Shown here piece by piece: positions 21,970 to 31,967 of a stretch of 64,000 nt of DNA (its first letter is position 1; every line of letters starts with the position of its first letter). The DNA is from Histomonas meleagridis 2922-C6/04-290x. Taxonomy: Eukaryota; Protista; Parabasalia. Made by a program: the position numbers and the translations under genes. The notes under the pieces were generated by a model. That model worked only from the letters and a program-made list of their open reading frames with translations, searched no databases and was not told the origin of the DNA. The DNA lies in contig JAANOX010000271.1 in NCBI GenBank assembly GCA_020184695.1, forward strand, positions 62,001 through 126,000, written 5' to 3'.

Positions 21970-22042
21970 GCCTGCGTAGCATAGTGGTTATTGCGTTCGC
22001 CTTGTAAGCGAAAGGTCGGCGGTCCGACTCCGCTCGCAGGCA
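21970..22042 (+). tRNA. trnT-UGU: tRNA-Thr (anticodon TGT)
   Basis: Acceptor GCCTGCG/CGCAGGC; D-arm TAGCATAGTGGTTATTGC; anticodon arm TTCGC-CT-TGT-AA-GCGAA; T-arm GGCGG-TCCGACT-CCGCT; G1-C72/C2-G71; 73 nt. Confidence 0.95.
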
Positions 22043-22043
22043 A

Positions 22044-22049
22044 TTTTTT
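22044..22049 (+). terminator. Pol III oligo-T terminator
   Basis: T6 run immediately after the tRNA discriminator base. Confidence 0.75.
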
Positions 22050-22575
22050 GATTTTTTTTATATTTAAATCCTTCCCAAACAAACATTCCAATTTTTTTTA
22101 TAAATACATTAATTAATTTGCTTTCCACATTTATTTATAAGTGATTCCTTTCTTGCAATTTTGTTGATCATTAATTAATTAAAAATTTTATGATAATACA
22201 GCTTATTTCTATGATAATATAAGAAGTGGAATTATTGCTCAGCATCAGGATATTTCGGTATTTGAATATAATAATCATCATCTTAGAGATTTGTCTTCCT
22301 TTACTCCCAAACATATATTTCAACTTTTAGTATACGCAATATTACTGAATTCGTTTACATCATTTGAATCTCAAGCATGAAATCAAATATAGCTTTGATT
22401 ATATCGATTACGTCCATGATCACTCCGCATTTTTGTCTTGAATTTATTGTAAATTATACAACAATCAACATTTGAGATAATGTACGAGCTATAACTGGTT
22501 AAAACATTTCGCACATGTAAAGCTCTTCATTATGTACTTGTGATTTTGATATAGGCAATTTATTTTAAAATTTTT

Positions 22576-22735
22576 CATAAAAATCCAGAAGTTGCTAAAA
22601 TCCTTAATGATTCAGGAATTGATGTCAATGCAAAAGATAATACTAATGCAAGAGCACTTTTCACTTGTAAAAATCCAGAAATTGCTAAAATCCTTATTCA
22701 TTCACGAATTCACAACTATAGTTATCGTTCCTAAA
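22576..22735 (+). pseudogene. Short uninterrupted ankyrin fragment (30-aa period)
   Basis: KNPEVAKILNDSGIDVNAKDNTNARALFTCKNPEIAKILIHS; aaaaatccagaa repeats at 22579 and 22669. No start codon and no insert at the hairpin. Confidence 0.6.
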
Positions 22736-23402
22736 TTATTGTAATTAGAAAATGCACTGTCTCCAATTGAAATAACTGAATTTGGTATTACAATATTTGT
22801 TAAAGATGAACAGTAATAAAATGCACTATTCTCGATTGAAATTACAGAAATTGGTATTTAAATAATTGTTAATGATTAAGCATTAAAATATGAATATCCG
22901 GCAATAATTGTAACTGTATCTGGAATTTCAAATGTTAGACTCTATTCCTTCTGGATAACAAACAATTTTCGTGAAATCTTTATTATACAGAATTCCATTG
23001 TTTTCTAAAAATTTATCATTTCTTTCAGATACTTTAAAAGTATGAAATTTGCAAAAGCACCTCCAAATGAAGTAACTGAACTCGGAATTATAACGTTTGT
23101 ATTGTAGAGATTGTTAAGTGCATTTCTTCCTATTGTAGTTACACTTTCACCAATAGTTAGTGATGATAATCAACAATAATAAAATGCATAATCTGCAATT
23201 GTTTTTACCGAATCTGGAATTTTAATATTTGTTAATGAAGTACATCGATAAAATATATTCTCTTCAATTGTTAACACTAAATTTGAAATTTCAATACTTG
23301 TAAATAATGAACAATATGAAAATGTGTTATCCCCAATTGAAGTAACATAATTTGGAATTATAATATTTGCTAATGATGAATAACAAAACACATAACTTCC
23401 AA
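22720..23402 (-). pseudogene. BspA-like LRR_5 pseudogene fragment
   Basis: [67 protein letters not shown], with several stops and frameshifts. Confidence 0.85.
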
Positions 23403-23795
23403 TTGATCATAAAGGAATTGACATTAGCGCCAAAGATATTTATTCGTTATATTAGAAGATCTTTTGAATCATTTGATATTATAATATAATATTTGGAAAT
23501 CATTCAAATTATTTAAAACAGCACTTATATTAGCATGTCAATATTTGCAAATTGAATCAGTTGAGTTACTTCTTAAAAATAAAGGAATTAACATTAATGC
23601 TGCAGGTATTTGAACATTATATTTAATGTTAATTTGAATCTTTTGATATTTCAAATCAATGTTTGGGATTTAATAAATGCATTTAATACAGCTATTTCTA
23701 TCTCAAATGCGAAAGGAAATCCACAGATAATCAAAATGATTAACGATACTCTTCATCTAATATTCCAATTTTTTTTTAAACATATTGGCTCTTAA
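23403..23795 (+). pseudogene. Orphan ankyrin fragment with two 68-nt inserts (locus B)
   Basis: GIDISAKDIY | 23444-23511 | FKTALILACQYLQIESVELLLKNKGININAAGI* | 23614-23681 | FNTAISISNAKGNPQIIKMI; TGG at 23494 and 23664. Confidence 0.8.
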
Positions 23796-23871
23796 AAACT
23801 ATAAATTAATTTCAATTTCTTGAAACATTATTTTAACAATAGAAGTGAACAATTTATCAACAGTTATTTAT

Positions 23872-25299
23872 TTATTCATTTTCTTTATTGCATTGGAACA
23901 ACATTAAATCGATATTACTCAAATCTATCGGCTTATTTTCTTCGAGTTCCCGAATTCTTTGGTTTATTCTATCGATTTCACTTTGTTCGGCTTCATCGTC
24001 TTGTAAACATTTCAAATATATTTCTAATGCGTTTTTGTAGTTTGGGTTTAAAATCAGCGCCAACTTCGCCTCTTCTTTACCTTGCTCGAAATTTCCATCC
24101 AAGTACAAGTAGCAAGAAAACATACAATGATATTCCGCGTTTTCTGGCTCGATGTCGATTGCCATTTTAATGTATTCATTAGCTTGGTCATATTCTTTAG
24201 AGTTCATACACAGTTGCGAGAAATAAAAATAGAAATCAGAAGAACGTTCAGAATTCGATTCCCATTTCTTCATTAGTTCCGTCGCTTTGCTAAATTCTTC
24301 TTTCATGAGACATAATCGTATCATCGAACTTAAAACATCAATATCGTTCGGGTATTTAAGTAACAGTTGGTCGCAGTTACTGATGGCGAAGTTTTTGGGT
24401 TGCTTTTCAGCTAATGAATATAATTTTTCAATTGATATCCATTTATTGGTGATTCGAAATTCATTAAATAAAACGTCGCTAATACGGATGGCTGCACTTG
24501 GTTGGTTGTTGGAGCGAAGAATACGCATAGCAAGAAGAGCTATACGAGAATCAAATGGGCAAATTGATATTGATTTCTTAATGTGGTCAAAAGCACCTTG
24601 TTTATCGCCTCCAAGTGCACACACGTAAGACTTATTATAATGAAGTTGAAAACTATTGGGATTTTGTGTAAGGGCAGTGTCAAGTATTAAATTGCATTTT
24701 TGGAGACATGTGGATAAATTATCAATAGATTGATCAAGAAGCTCCAATTGTACACGGATAGATGATACTTGCTCGGGATAGTCGAGAGTATCAAGAATTG
24801 GGAGAATTCGATCATTGAAATTTCGATACTTACATAAAAAACAACACGCACTTAAAAGAATAGACTTGTTGATCTGAGAGCCATAAGTATCAATGATAAG
24901 AGAAACTGCAAGATAATGATCTACTGCAACAAAAAATGGTAAAATTAAATTGGGACAAGTGAGATCTTGAACAATACGATTGATAACTGGTAAAACAACG
25001 TCAAGTTGGTTCATTTGTGTTGCACAAAATAAAAGAAGAGAAACAGATTGTGATAAAAAATCAGTTTCTAAATAAGTTTTTGGACCATGAAGGTAAATTT
25101 CGACAAGTCTATAAGAAGTTAACATAAGTTCTTCCAGCCAATGGTTGATTTCTCTTGAATATAAATCTGGTGCTGGAGGACACCAATCTCTTCTTGAACA
25201 AATAACTTTTTTTGCATTAACTAAAATCTTCTCTCCTGTCTCTTTATCTAATTTTTTTGATTCATAAGCTTCTCTTAATATATTTATTGGATTCGCCAT
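23872..25299 (-). CDS. TPR-repeat protein
   Basis: Repeated TPR-like helices (ALTQNPNSFQLHYNKSYV; AIDIEPENAEYH; ALILNPNYKNA); probable ATG at 25299. Confidence 0.8.
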   Translation of the reverse strand: MANPINILREAYESKKLDKETGEKILVNAKKVICSRRDWCPPAPDLYSREINHWLEELMLTSYRLVEIYLHGPKTYLETDFLSQSVSLLLFCATQMNQLDVVLPVINRIVQDLTCPNLILPFFVAVDHYLAVSLIIDTYGSQINKSILLSACCFLCKYRNFNDRILPILDTLDYPEQVSSIRVQLELLDQSIDNLSTCLQKCNLILDTALTQNPNSFQLHYNKSYVCALGGDKQGAFDHIKKSISICPFDSRIALLAMRILRSNNQPSAAIRISDVLFNEFRITNKWISIEKLYSLAEKQPKNFAISNCDQLLLKYPNDIDVLSSMIRLCLMKEEFSKATELMKKWESNSERSSDFYFYFSQLCMNSKEYDQANEYIKMAIDIEPENAEYHCMFSCYLYLDGNFEQGKEEAKLALILNPNYKNALEIYLKCLQDDEAEQSEIDRINQRIRELEENKPIDLSNIDLMLFQCNKENE

Positions 25300-25476
25300 A
25301 TGTATTCGAAAGTGCCATTTATTTGACATAACTTTGTTCGAAACGATTTTTAAAAAGCCAAAAGTCAATCTTCAAAACTCATTAAAAATCAATATGAAAT
25401 CCTTATAACTGTATTTAAAAAATATGTTTTGCTTTGATAAAAAAATTATATTTAACAGAATATTTATGTTATACAT

Positions 25477-26772
25477 TTATGTTATAGGGCAATGAAGATA
25501 CTCGAGTATTTTCTTTGCAGTTGTTACCGTTATTGATCCCGATTGAATCAATTTTTCCGCAACTACATCAATTTCTTCTCCAATAGCACCAGCCTCACAC
25601 GCGATATTTTTACTATGTAATTTCATATGTCCTGATGATATACCTTGTGTCACTAATGCTCTTAGTGCAGCAAAGTTTTGTGCTAATCCAACAGCAGCTA
25701 TAACTCGAGCTAAGTCATCTGCAGTCTTAACTTTCATCATTTTCCGAAATGTTCGTACTGATTCGTTTCGATTTATAGATCCGCCAACAGTACCAACGGG
25801 TATAGGAATGACGATTTCCCCAATCAAAATATCATTAGAAATCCAAAAATTCGTTAATGCAGGATTAGAATCTTTAAGTGTCGCATATGAATGAATCGCA
25901 GATTCAACAGCTCGAACATCATTACCAGTAGCTAAAACAACAGCAGATATACCATTCATAATCCCTTTGCGATGTGTTGCAGCACGATATGGTTCGGATT
26001 TTGCTAGATTAGCAGCCATGATTATCTTATTCGCAACTTCAAAACCATCAAAGCCGGGACATGTAAGATCAGAAATTCTCCACTTCCCTTGCGCTCGAAC
26101 AAGACGCTTAGTAGAAAGATTGGTAAGAATTCCCATTAATGGTTCGAATCCAAATTCTTGTTGAACATATGATTTTATGGATTCGCAAGCTTTGGTTACG
26201 CAATTTGCTCCCATGGAATCAATAACAGCAACATGGATTTCAATAATTAACATATTACCCGATTCTGTATTAACTTCTTTAAGAGTAATACTTTGTGTGC
26301 CTCCTTTTCGTTGAACCATACCTGGCATAGATTCGTTGGCAACTTCTTTGATTTGGTCAATATGTTCTTCGAGAATTTTTAAATTGGTTGGACTTGAATT
26401 TGGTGCCAAGAAAACTGCTTGGCCTGTACATACATTTGGATCTGCAATGGTTGTAAATCCACCACAAGGGCGAGCTAGCTTTGCTGCAAAAGATGCTCCA
26501 GCAATAACACTCGGTTCTTCAGTTGCATAAGGAATAATACGATCAACTCCATCAACAATAAAATTTGTGGCAACACCAACAGGTGTTATTTGTCTAGTTA
26601 TAAAATTTTCAATCATTGTATCACATGTTCCGAGATTTAGACAAAAATCCAATGAATGAAATGTTTTTTGATCTTCCTCAGTGAGATTGCTAAATGTAGC
26701 TACCTTATTACGGCGTTCATCTACAGAAAGCTTAAAAAATCCAGGGATAGCAGAGGTCATTTCAAGGGCCAT
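25477..26772 (-). CDS. mvaA: Class II (bacterial-type) hydroxymethylglutaryl-CoA reductase
   Basis: No membrane domain; IPGFFKLSVDERR, DTMIEN, PYATEEPSVIAGAS, DSMGAN, ILTNL, RAATHRKGIMNGI, GLAQNFAALRALVTQGISSGHMKLH, all class II HMGR motifs. Confidence 0.92.
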   Translation of the reverse strand: MALEMTSAIPGFFKLSVDERRNKVATFSNLTEEDQKTFHSLDFCLNLGTCDTMIENFITRQITPVGVATNFIVDGVDRIIPYATEEPSVIAGASFAAKLARPCGGFTTIADPNVCTGQAVFLAPNSSPTNLKILEEHIDQIKEVANESMPGMVQRKGGTQSITLKEVNTESGNMLIIEIHVAVIDSMGANCVTKACESIKSYVQQEFGFEPLMGILTNLSTKRLVRAQGKWRISDLTCPGFDGFEVANKIIMAANLAKSEPYRAATHRKGIMNGISAVVLATGNDVRAVESAIHSYATLKDSNPALTNFWISNDILIGEIVIPIPVGTVGGSINRNESVRTFRKMMKVKTADDLARVIAAVGLAQNFAALRALVTQGISSGHMKLHSKNIACEAGAIGEEIDVVAEKLIQSGSITVTTAKKILEYLHCPIT

Positions 26773-26933
26773 GCCGTCTTATCAAAAAGTTGAATATTTA
26801 AATTGAATATGATCGATTTTCTCATGTCTTCAGACAAATAAGATATTGTGATAAATTTCATTTAATATCATTTAAAATTATCAAACATGTTATAAATTAA
26901 AAAGTTTTTCAACTGTATATTTTTTTATCTAGC

Positions 26934-27288
26934 TCAAGAAGACATTTTAGTAAAATGTTCAAGATTTCCATTTTGAGATGCTAAAACAATTCCATAAAAT
27001 ATTTTAAACAAATTTGATATAATATTTTCAAACATAAAATCATAAAAATAAAAATCATTTAAAATAAATTAACATAAATACTATTAATGATACATTTATT
27101 TCCAAGAAGTAATTTAATTATTCTCACATGACCATTTTTAGCTGAATAAGCAAGTGCTTTACAAAATATATTAAACAATTTCGAAATATTATTTAAAAAT
27201 AATTTTTATGTATATCTTTGGTGTTTAAATCAATTCCATCTTGTTCGAGAAGTAATTTAACTGCTTCTTTTAAGCCATTTTCAGATGT
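26934..27288 (-). pseudogene. Decayed ankyrin fragment with two inserts (locus D)
   Basis: TSENGLKEAVKLLLEQDGIDLNTKDIH | 27207-27167 (41 nt) | FCKALAYSAKNGHVRIIKLLLGNKCIINSIY | 27073-27000 (74 nt) | FYGIVLASQNGNLEHF. Confidence 0.75.
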
Positions 27289-27489
27289 TCCCAATCATTT
27301 GGCACTGAATTTTTATCAGTATGTTGAAACAATTGTGATATTAAATAACCGTTTTCTTTGGAACTTTATTTTTTGTTTATTTTACAAAAAGTGGTAAAAA
27401 TTTTTTTGCTTGCAAGTAATTCAAATTATTAAAAGAAATTACTATTGTACGCAAAGACACTGCTGAGTAAATGCTTAGCAAAGGTTTAG

Positions 27490-27750
27490 TTAAAATATGA
27501 TTGGATAACTAATTTTATCTATTAAACCAAACAATTCTTTTGGTTTCTCTCTTGCATACTTTGTATCCCATCCTGTGTCTATTAAAATTTTTCCTTTAGG
27601 ATGTTCTATTAAATAACAGGATATAGGTAAAATTAATTTCTTATCTTCTCCTCTAAATAAACCTGTCACTGCTAAAGGATTATTTTCATGAATAGGAAGA
27701 GCTCAGTCAACTCGTACACTTCCTGTATGAAATACATGTATTTTTATCAT
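27490..27750 (-). pseudogene. 5' fragment of a bacterial N-acyl homoserine lactonase-family (MBL-fold) gene
   Basis: MIKIHVFHTGSVRVD*ALPIHENNPLAVTGLFRGEDKKLILPISCYLIEHPKGKILIDTGWDTKYA...; in-frame TGA at codon 16; truncated before the HxHxDH motif. Confidence 0.75.
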
Positions 27751-28453
27751 ATGAAATTTTTTTGCACATAAACGTCACTTTTACGAATCGATTTTCCTAA
27801 ATAAGAATTTGCTGATTAAAAGACTATTTTAATTGTGTGCTATACATGTAATAGAATACAGCCATATATTTATGTTAAAAAAAATTGATTTAAATATTTT
27901 AATCAATTAATAATTTCAAACTAAGTAATTTTAAAAAAATTCAGTAATGTTTCACATATGATATGATTCTATAACTTATCATTCGTTATGATAAATTAAT
28001 GATTAATTCTGAATCATGATTGAACTGTACCAAAACAAAACGATTGATCATGACTAATCTGTGCTTTTCTGGATTTTGACTTAGTTTGTTTGGTAATTTT
28101 GAATGCTATGTGGTCATCCCACAATCAAACACCAACCAACACAATTCAAAATTTCAATTATCTCAACGATAGCTCGTATTGAATTATTTCAGACGGCTGA
28201 TAACAATAAAATTGTTTTTTTTCTTGTTATTTAAAGGCAATATTTTATTTTTTTAAATATTGATATTAAACAATTTTCAAGAGAAAATATTTTATTATTT
28301 TTTTTTACATAATATTGAGTGAGTTTAAAATTTCTTTATTTAGAACATCTTTATTCCAATTCAGAAGAAATTTCGGTTTCCATCGACCAAACACAATTTT
28401 TCCGCTTTTTAAGTGTGTCTGATAGTTAAGAAAAAAACTGACCATTTTTGTTC

Positions 28454-31249
28454 ATGGAAGATAAAAGCCGATTTCTCAGCTCTTACACTCTTCCCAATGG
28501 TGTTGAACTTAAGAACCGTATTATGATGGCCCCCATGACCACATGTACAGGTTATCATGATGGTACAGTTACTGAAGAATTAGTTGAATATTATTCCGCT
28601 CGTGCAGGTTCTATTGGCGCAATTATTGTAGAATGTTGTTATATCGACCCTCTTGGTGCAGCATTTCCAGGCGCCCTTGGTATCACTACTGACGATCACA
28701 TTTATGGTCTTTCTAAAATTGCTAAAGCAATTCAAGCTAAAGGCACTAAAGCCATTCTTCAACTTTACCATGGTGGTCGTATGGTTGATCCACTTCTTAT
28801 TGGTGGTCGTCAACCAGTTGGTGCAACAGGAATTCCAGCACCACGTCCAAACATGCCAATTCCACGTGAACTTACAGCACAAGAAGTTGAAGACATGATC
28901 CAAAAGTTTGGTCAAGCAGTTCGTCGTGCAATTCAAGCTGGTTTTGATGGAGTTGAAATCCATGGTGCTAACACATATCTTATTCAACAATTCTATTCAG
29001 GCAACTCCAACCAACGTACTGATGAATGGGGTGGCAATCGTGAGAAGCGAGCCAAATTCCCATGTGCAATTGTTGATATCACAGAGAAGATGGTCAAGCA
29101 ATATGCTGATGATTCCTTCATTGTTGGCTATCGATTTTCACCTGAAGAACTTGAACCACAAGGTATTACATGGGAAGATAGCATGTATCTCTTAGAACTT
29201 TTAGCCGAGAAAGATGTCATTGATTACTTCCACATCTCACTTGGATACTATTTACGTCCATCCATCCTTAACAAAGAAGATAAGACTGCATTAATTGACA
29301 AATACATCAAACAACGATCACAACGCTTAGCCAAGATACCAATTGTCGGTGTTGGCGCCATCGTTAATGCCGAAAATGTCATCTCAGCACTTGACCATGG
29401 CTATGATTTAGTTGCCGTCGGACACGCGTGCATTGCATATCCAGATTGGGTCGACCGCATTGCTAATGGCGAACAATTAAAGTTATTCATAGACAGTACT
29501 AAACGTGAAGAGCTTTTTATTCCGGAACCATTATGGCGTTTCCCACTCGTTGGCTCAATGATCATTGATACCAGTGCACAAGAAAGTCGCTTTAAACCAG
29601 GCACATATACAGAACAAGTTCAAGATGATGACAAAGAACTTGTTATTGATGTTACATTAGAACAAGATAAGATCAGTGAGATTGTCCTTAAAGAAGCGCC
29701 TGAAATGGATGTCGAATTCAAGACATCATTTGAAGAAATTAGAAGTCGTATATTAGAAAAGAATACGCCACATGTCGACGCAGTTTCAGGAGCTACAAAT
29801 CAATCAGAAGCAGTCAAACGTGCAGTCAAGAAAGCTATTAGTGAGTCAAGTCGTATATTAGCTAAGGAAGAAGGAGGCGATTTACCATTGATTCCAGATG
29901 ATTATGAAATCGTCGTTATTGGTACAGGTGGAGCAGGAATGTCAGCAGCTATCCAAGCGCATGATGAAGGATGCCGTGTATTAATTGTTGAGAAGATGCC
30001 AACAATTGGTGGTAACACAATTAAGTCATCTGTTGGTATGAACGCAGCAGAAACTCGTTATCAAAAGATCAAAGGAATTAAAGATAGCAAAGATTTGTTC
30101 TATGAAGAAACAATGAAAGGAGGAAAGAACATGAACAATCCATTATTATTACGAAGATTTGTAGATCGTGCACCAGAAGCTATTGAATGGTTAGCACATA
30201 GAGGTATCATGTTAAATGACATTACAATCACTGGTGGAATGAGTGTCGATAGAGCACATAGACCTAGAGATAGTTCAGCTGTCGGTGGTTATTTAGTGTC
30301 TGGACTTTTACGTAATGTTAACAAACGTAACATTGATATAATGACTGATACACGTGTAATCGATATATTAGTCGATGAAAACAAAAGAGTATATGCAGTT
30401 AAGTTAATTGTTGAAGAAGAAACAGAAGTATTAATCCATTGTAAAGCAGTGATTGTTGCAACTGGTGGTTTCTCTGCTAACCAAGAAATGGTTGTTAAAT
30501 ATCGCCCAGAACTTAAAGGATTTGTTACAACAAATCATAAAGGCGCTACTGGTGAAGGTATTATATTATTAGAACGTATTGGCGCAGGTACTGTTGATAT
30601 GGATCAAATTCAAATCCATCCAACAGTAGAACAAACAACTTCTTATTTGATATCTGAGTCAATTAGAGGTGGCGGAGCTATTTTGGTTAATCAAAAAGGT
30701 GAACGTTTCTTTAATGAATTAGAAACACGTGATAAAGTATCAGCCGCTATCATTGCATTACCAGAGAAATATTCATATATAATATTCGATGAACAAATCC
30801 ATCAAAAGAATAAGGCTACTGATGAATATATCACTAAAGGATTAACAGTTTCTGCTGATTCACCTGAAGAACTCGCTAAGAAGATCGGACTTGACGTCGA
30901 TACTTTCAAGAAGACATTGGAAAGATTTAATACTTTCGTGGAGAAACAACATGATGATGACTTCGGTAGAACGACAGGTTTAAGGTCTAAGATCAACCAA
31001 GGACCTTACTTCGCTATCAAGATAGCTCCTGGCGTTCACCATACTATGGGTGGTATTACAATCAATGTCGAAACTGAAGTACTCGATAAGGACTCTAATG
31101 TAATTAAAGGCGCTTATGCAGCTGGTGAAGTATGCGGCGGTATCCACGGCGGTAATAGAATCGGTGGTAACGCTGTAGCTGATATTATTATATTTGGTAC
31201 TTTGGCTGGTCATAACGCAGCAGTTTATGCTCAGAATCTAAAGAAATAA
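28454..31249 (+). CDS. Flavocytochrome c-type NADH:fumarate reductase-like enzyme (OYE/NADH:flavin oxidoreductase + FMN-binding + FAD-binding domains), bacterial type
   Basis: LKNRIMMAPMT...GFDGVEIHGANTYL (OYE); HVDAVSGATNQS (covalent FMN motif DxxSGAT); VVIGTGGAG, ATGGF, QIHPT, RGGG, HHTMGG, GEVCGGIHGGNRIGGNA (fumarate reductase flavoprotein). Confidence 0.92.
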   Translation: MEDKSRFLSSYTLPNGVELKNRIMMAPMTTCTGYHDGTVTEELVEYYSARAGSIGAIIVECCYIDPLGAAFPGALGITTDDHIYGLSKIAKAIQAKGTKAILQLYHGGRMVDPLLIGGRQPVGATGIPAPRPNMPIPRELTAQEVEDMIQKFGQAVRRAIQAGFDGVEIHGANTYLIQQFYSGNSNQRTDEWGGNREKRAKFPCAIVDITEKMVKQYADDSFIVGYRFSPEELEPQGITWEDSMYLLELLAEKDVIDYFHISLGYYLRPSILNKEDKTALIDKYIKQRSQRLAKIPIVGVGAIVNAENVISALDHGYDLVAVGHACIAYPDWVDRIANGEQLKLFIDSTKREELFIPEPLWRFPLVGSMIIDTSAQESRFKPGTYTEQVQDDDKELVIDVTLEQDKISEIVLKEAPEMDVEFKTSFEEIRSRILEKNTPHVDAVSGATNQSEAVKRAVKKAISESSRILAKEEGGDLPLIPDDYEIVVIGTGGAGMSAAIQAHDEGCRVLIVEKMPTIGGNTIKSSVGMNAAETRYQKIKGIKDSKDLFYEETMKGGKNMNNPLLLRRFVDRAPEAIEWLAHRGIMLNDITITGGMSVDRAHRPRDSSAVGGYLVSGLLRNVNKRNIDIMTDTRVIDILVDENKRVYAVKLIVEEETEVLIHCKAVIVATGGFSANQEMVVKYRPELKGFVTTNHKGATGEGIILLERIGAGTVDMDQIQIHPTVEQTTSYLISESIRGGGAILVNQKGERFFNELETRDKVSAAIIALPEKYSYIIFDEQIHQKNKATDEYITKGLTVSADSPEELAKKIGLDVDTFKKTLERFNTFVEKQHDDDFGRTTGLRSKINQGPYFAIKIAPGVHHTMGGITINVETEVLDKDSNVIKGAYAAGEVCGGIHGGNRIGGNAVADIIIFGTLAGHNAAVYAQNLKK

Positions 31250-31346
31250 GATAAAATCTAATTGAAAATCGACTTTTTGACTTAAAATATTTTGGAAATA
31301 AACGTTCGTTAAATCACATCAAACATTGGATACGTTAAAGTTTTCT

Positions 31347-31967
31347 TTACTGGACATTACACATTTCCTTTTGCCGGTTTCCGGACGCTTCTTTCTTCTG
31401 CTTCTGCTTCTTAGGCGCTTCCTTTTGGGGCTCCTCTTTCTTTTCGCATTCTGCGCTGGCGATGGCGTTGGCCAAATAAGAAAGGAGAAGGAAAGTAGCA
31501 GAACCAACACCCGACCCGGTTTCACAATTGGTTTCCTCGGAAATTTGTGCCGAAATTTCTTTTCGTTTAGAAACTAGATCTTCATGTGTAACTATGACTT
31601 TCGGATCGGCATGATTGGCATTTGCTATTAAAAACTTAACGATTAAATTCGGACAGTTGGCATCAACAAGCTTATTGTATTCATCTATGGCATGAAATGA
31701 TGTAATATTTTCAATATCATATACAAAAATAACTACATCTGCATCCTTGAGTTGTCTCCCAATAATTGAGAGATAGCGGTCTTCTCCTGATGTGTCATTA
31801 ATCATTAAGATTATTTTTTGGCCTTTGAAATCAAATTCATTCCTATTGAAATCAATACCCACTGTTGGCTTAGATACTTCATCAATTTGCAGGATCTTGT
31901 TCTTTAACCTTGTTTTCCCTGTTTGTGGGGCTCCTACAAAAAAAACTCTGAAAAGTCTTTTTTCCAT
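31347..31967 (-). CDS. Divergent Rab-like small GTPase
   Basis: GAPQTGKT (G1), PTVGIDF (G2), NDTSGED (G3), VYDI, ANANHAD (G4-like), C-terminal CNVQ; ATG at 31967. Confidence 0.8.
   Translation of the reverse strand: MEKRLFRVFFVGAPQTGKTRLKNKILQIDEVSKPTVGIDFNRNEFDFKGQKIILMINDTSGEDRYLSIIGRQLKDADVVIFVYDIENITSFHAIDEYNKLVDANCPNLIVKFLIANANHADPKVIVTHEDLVSKRKEISAQISEETNCETGSGVGSATFLLLSYLANAIASAECEKKEEPQKEAPKKQKQKKEASGNRQKEMCNVQ

Noticed and set aside
21970-22042. Link between tRNA-Thr(TGT) and the ACA codon that follows most ankyrin inserts
   Set aside because: ACA is simply the common Thr codon in AT-rich genes; no evidence beyond coincidence.
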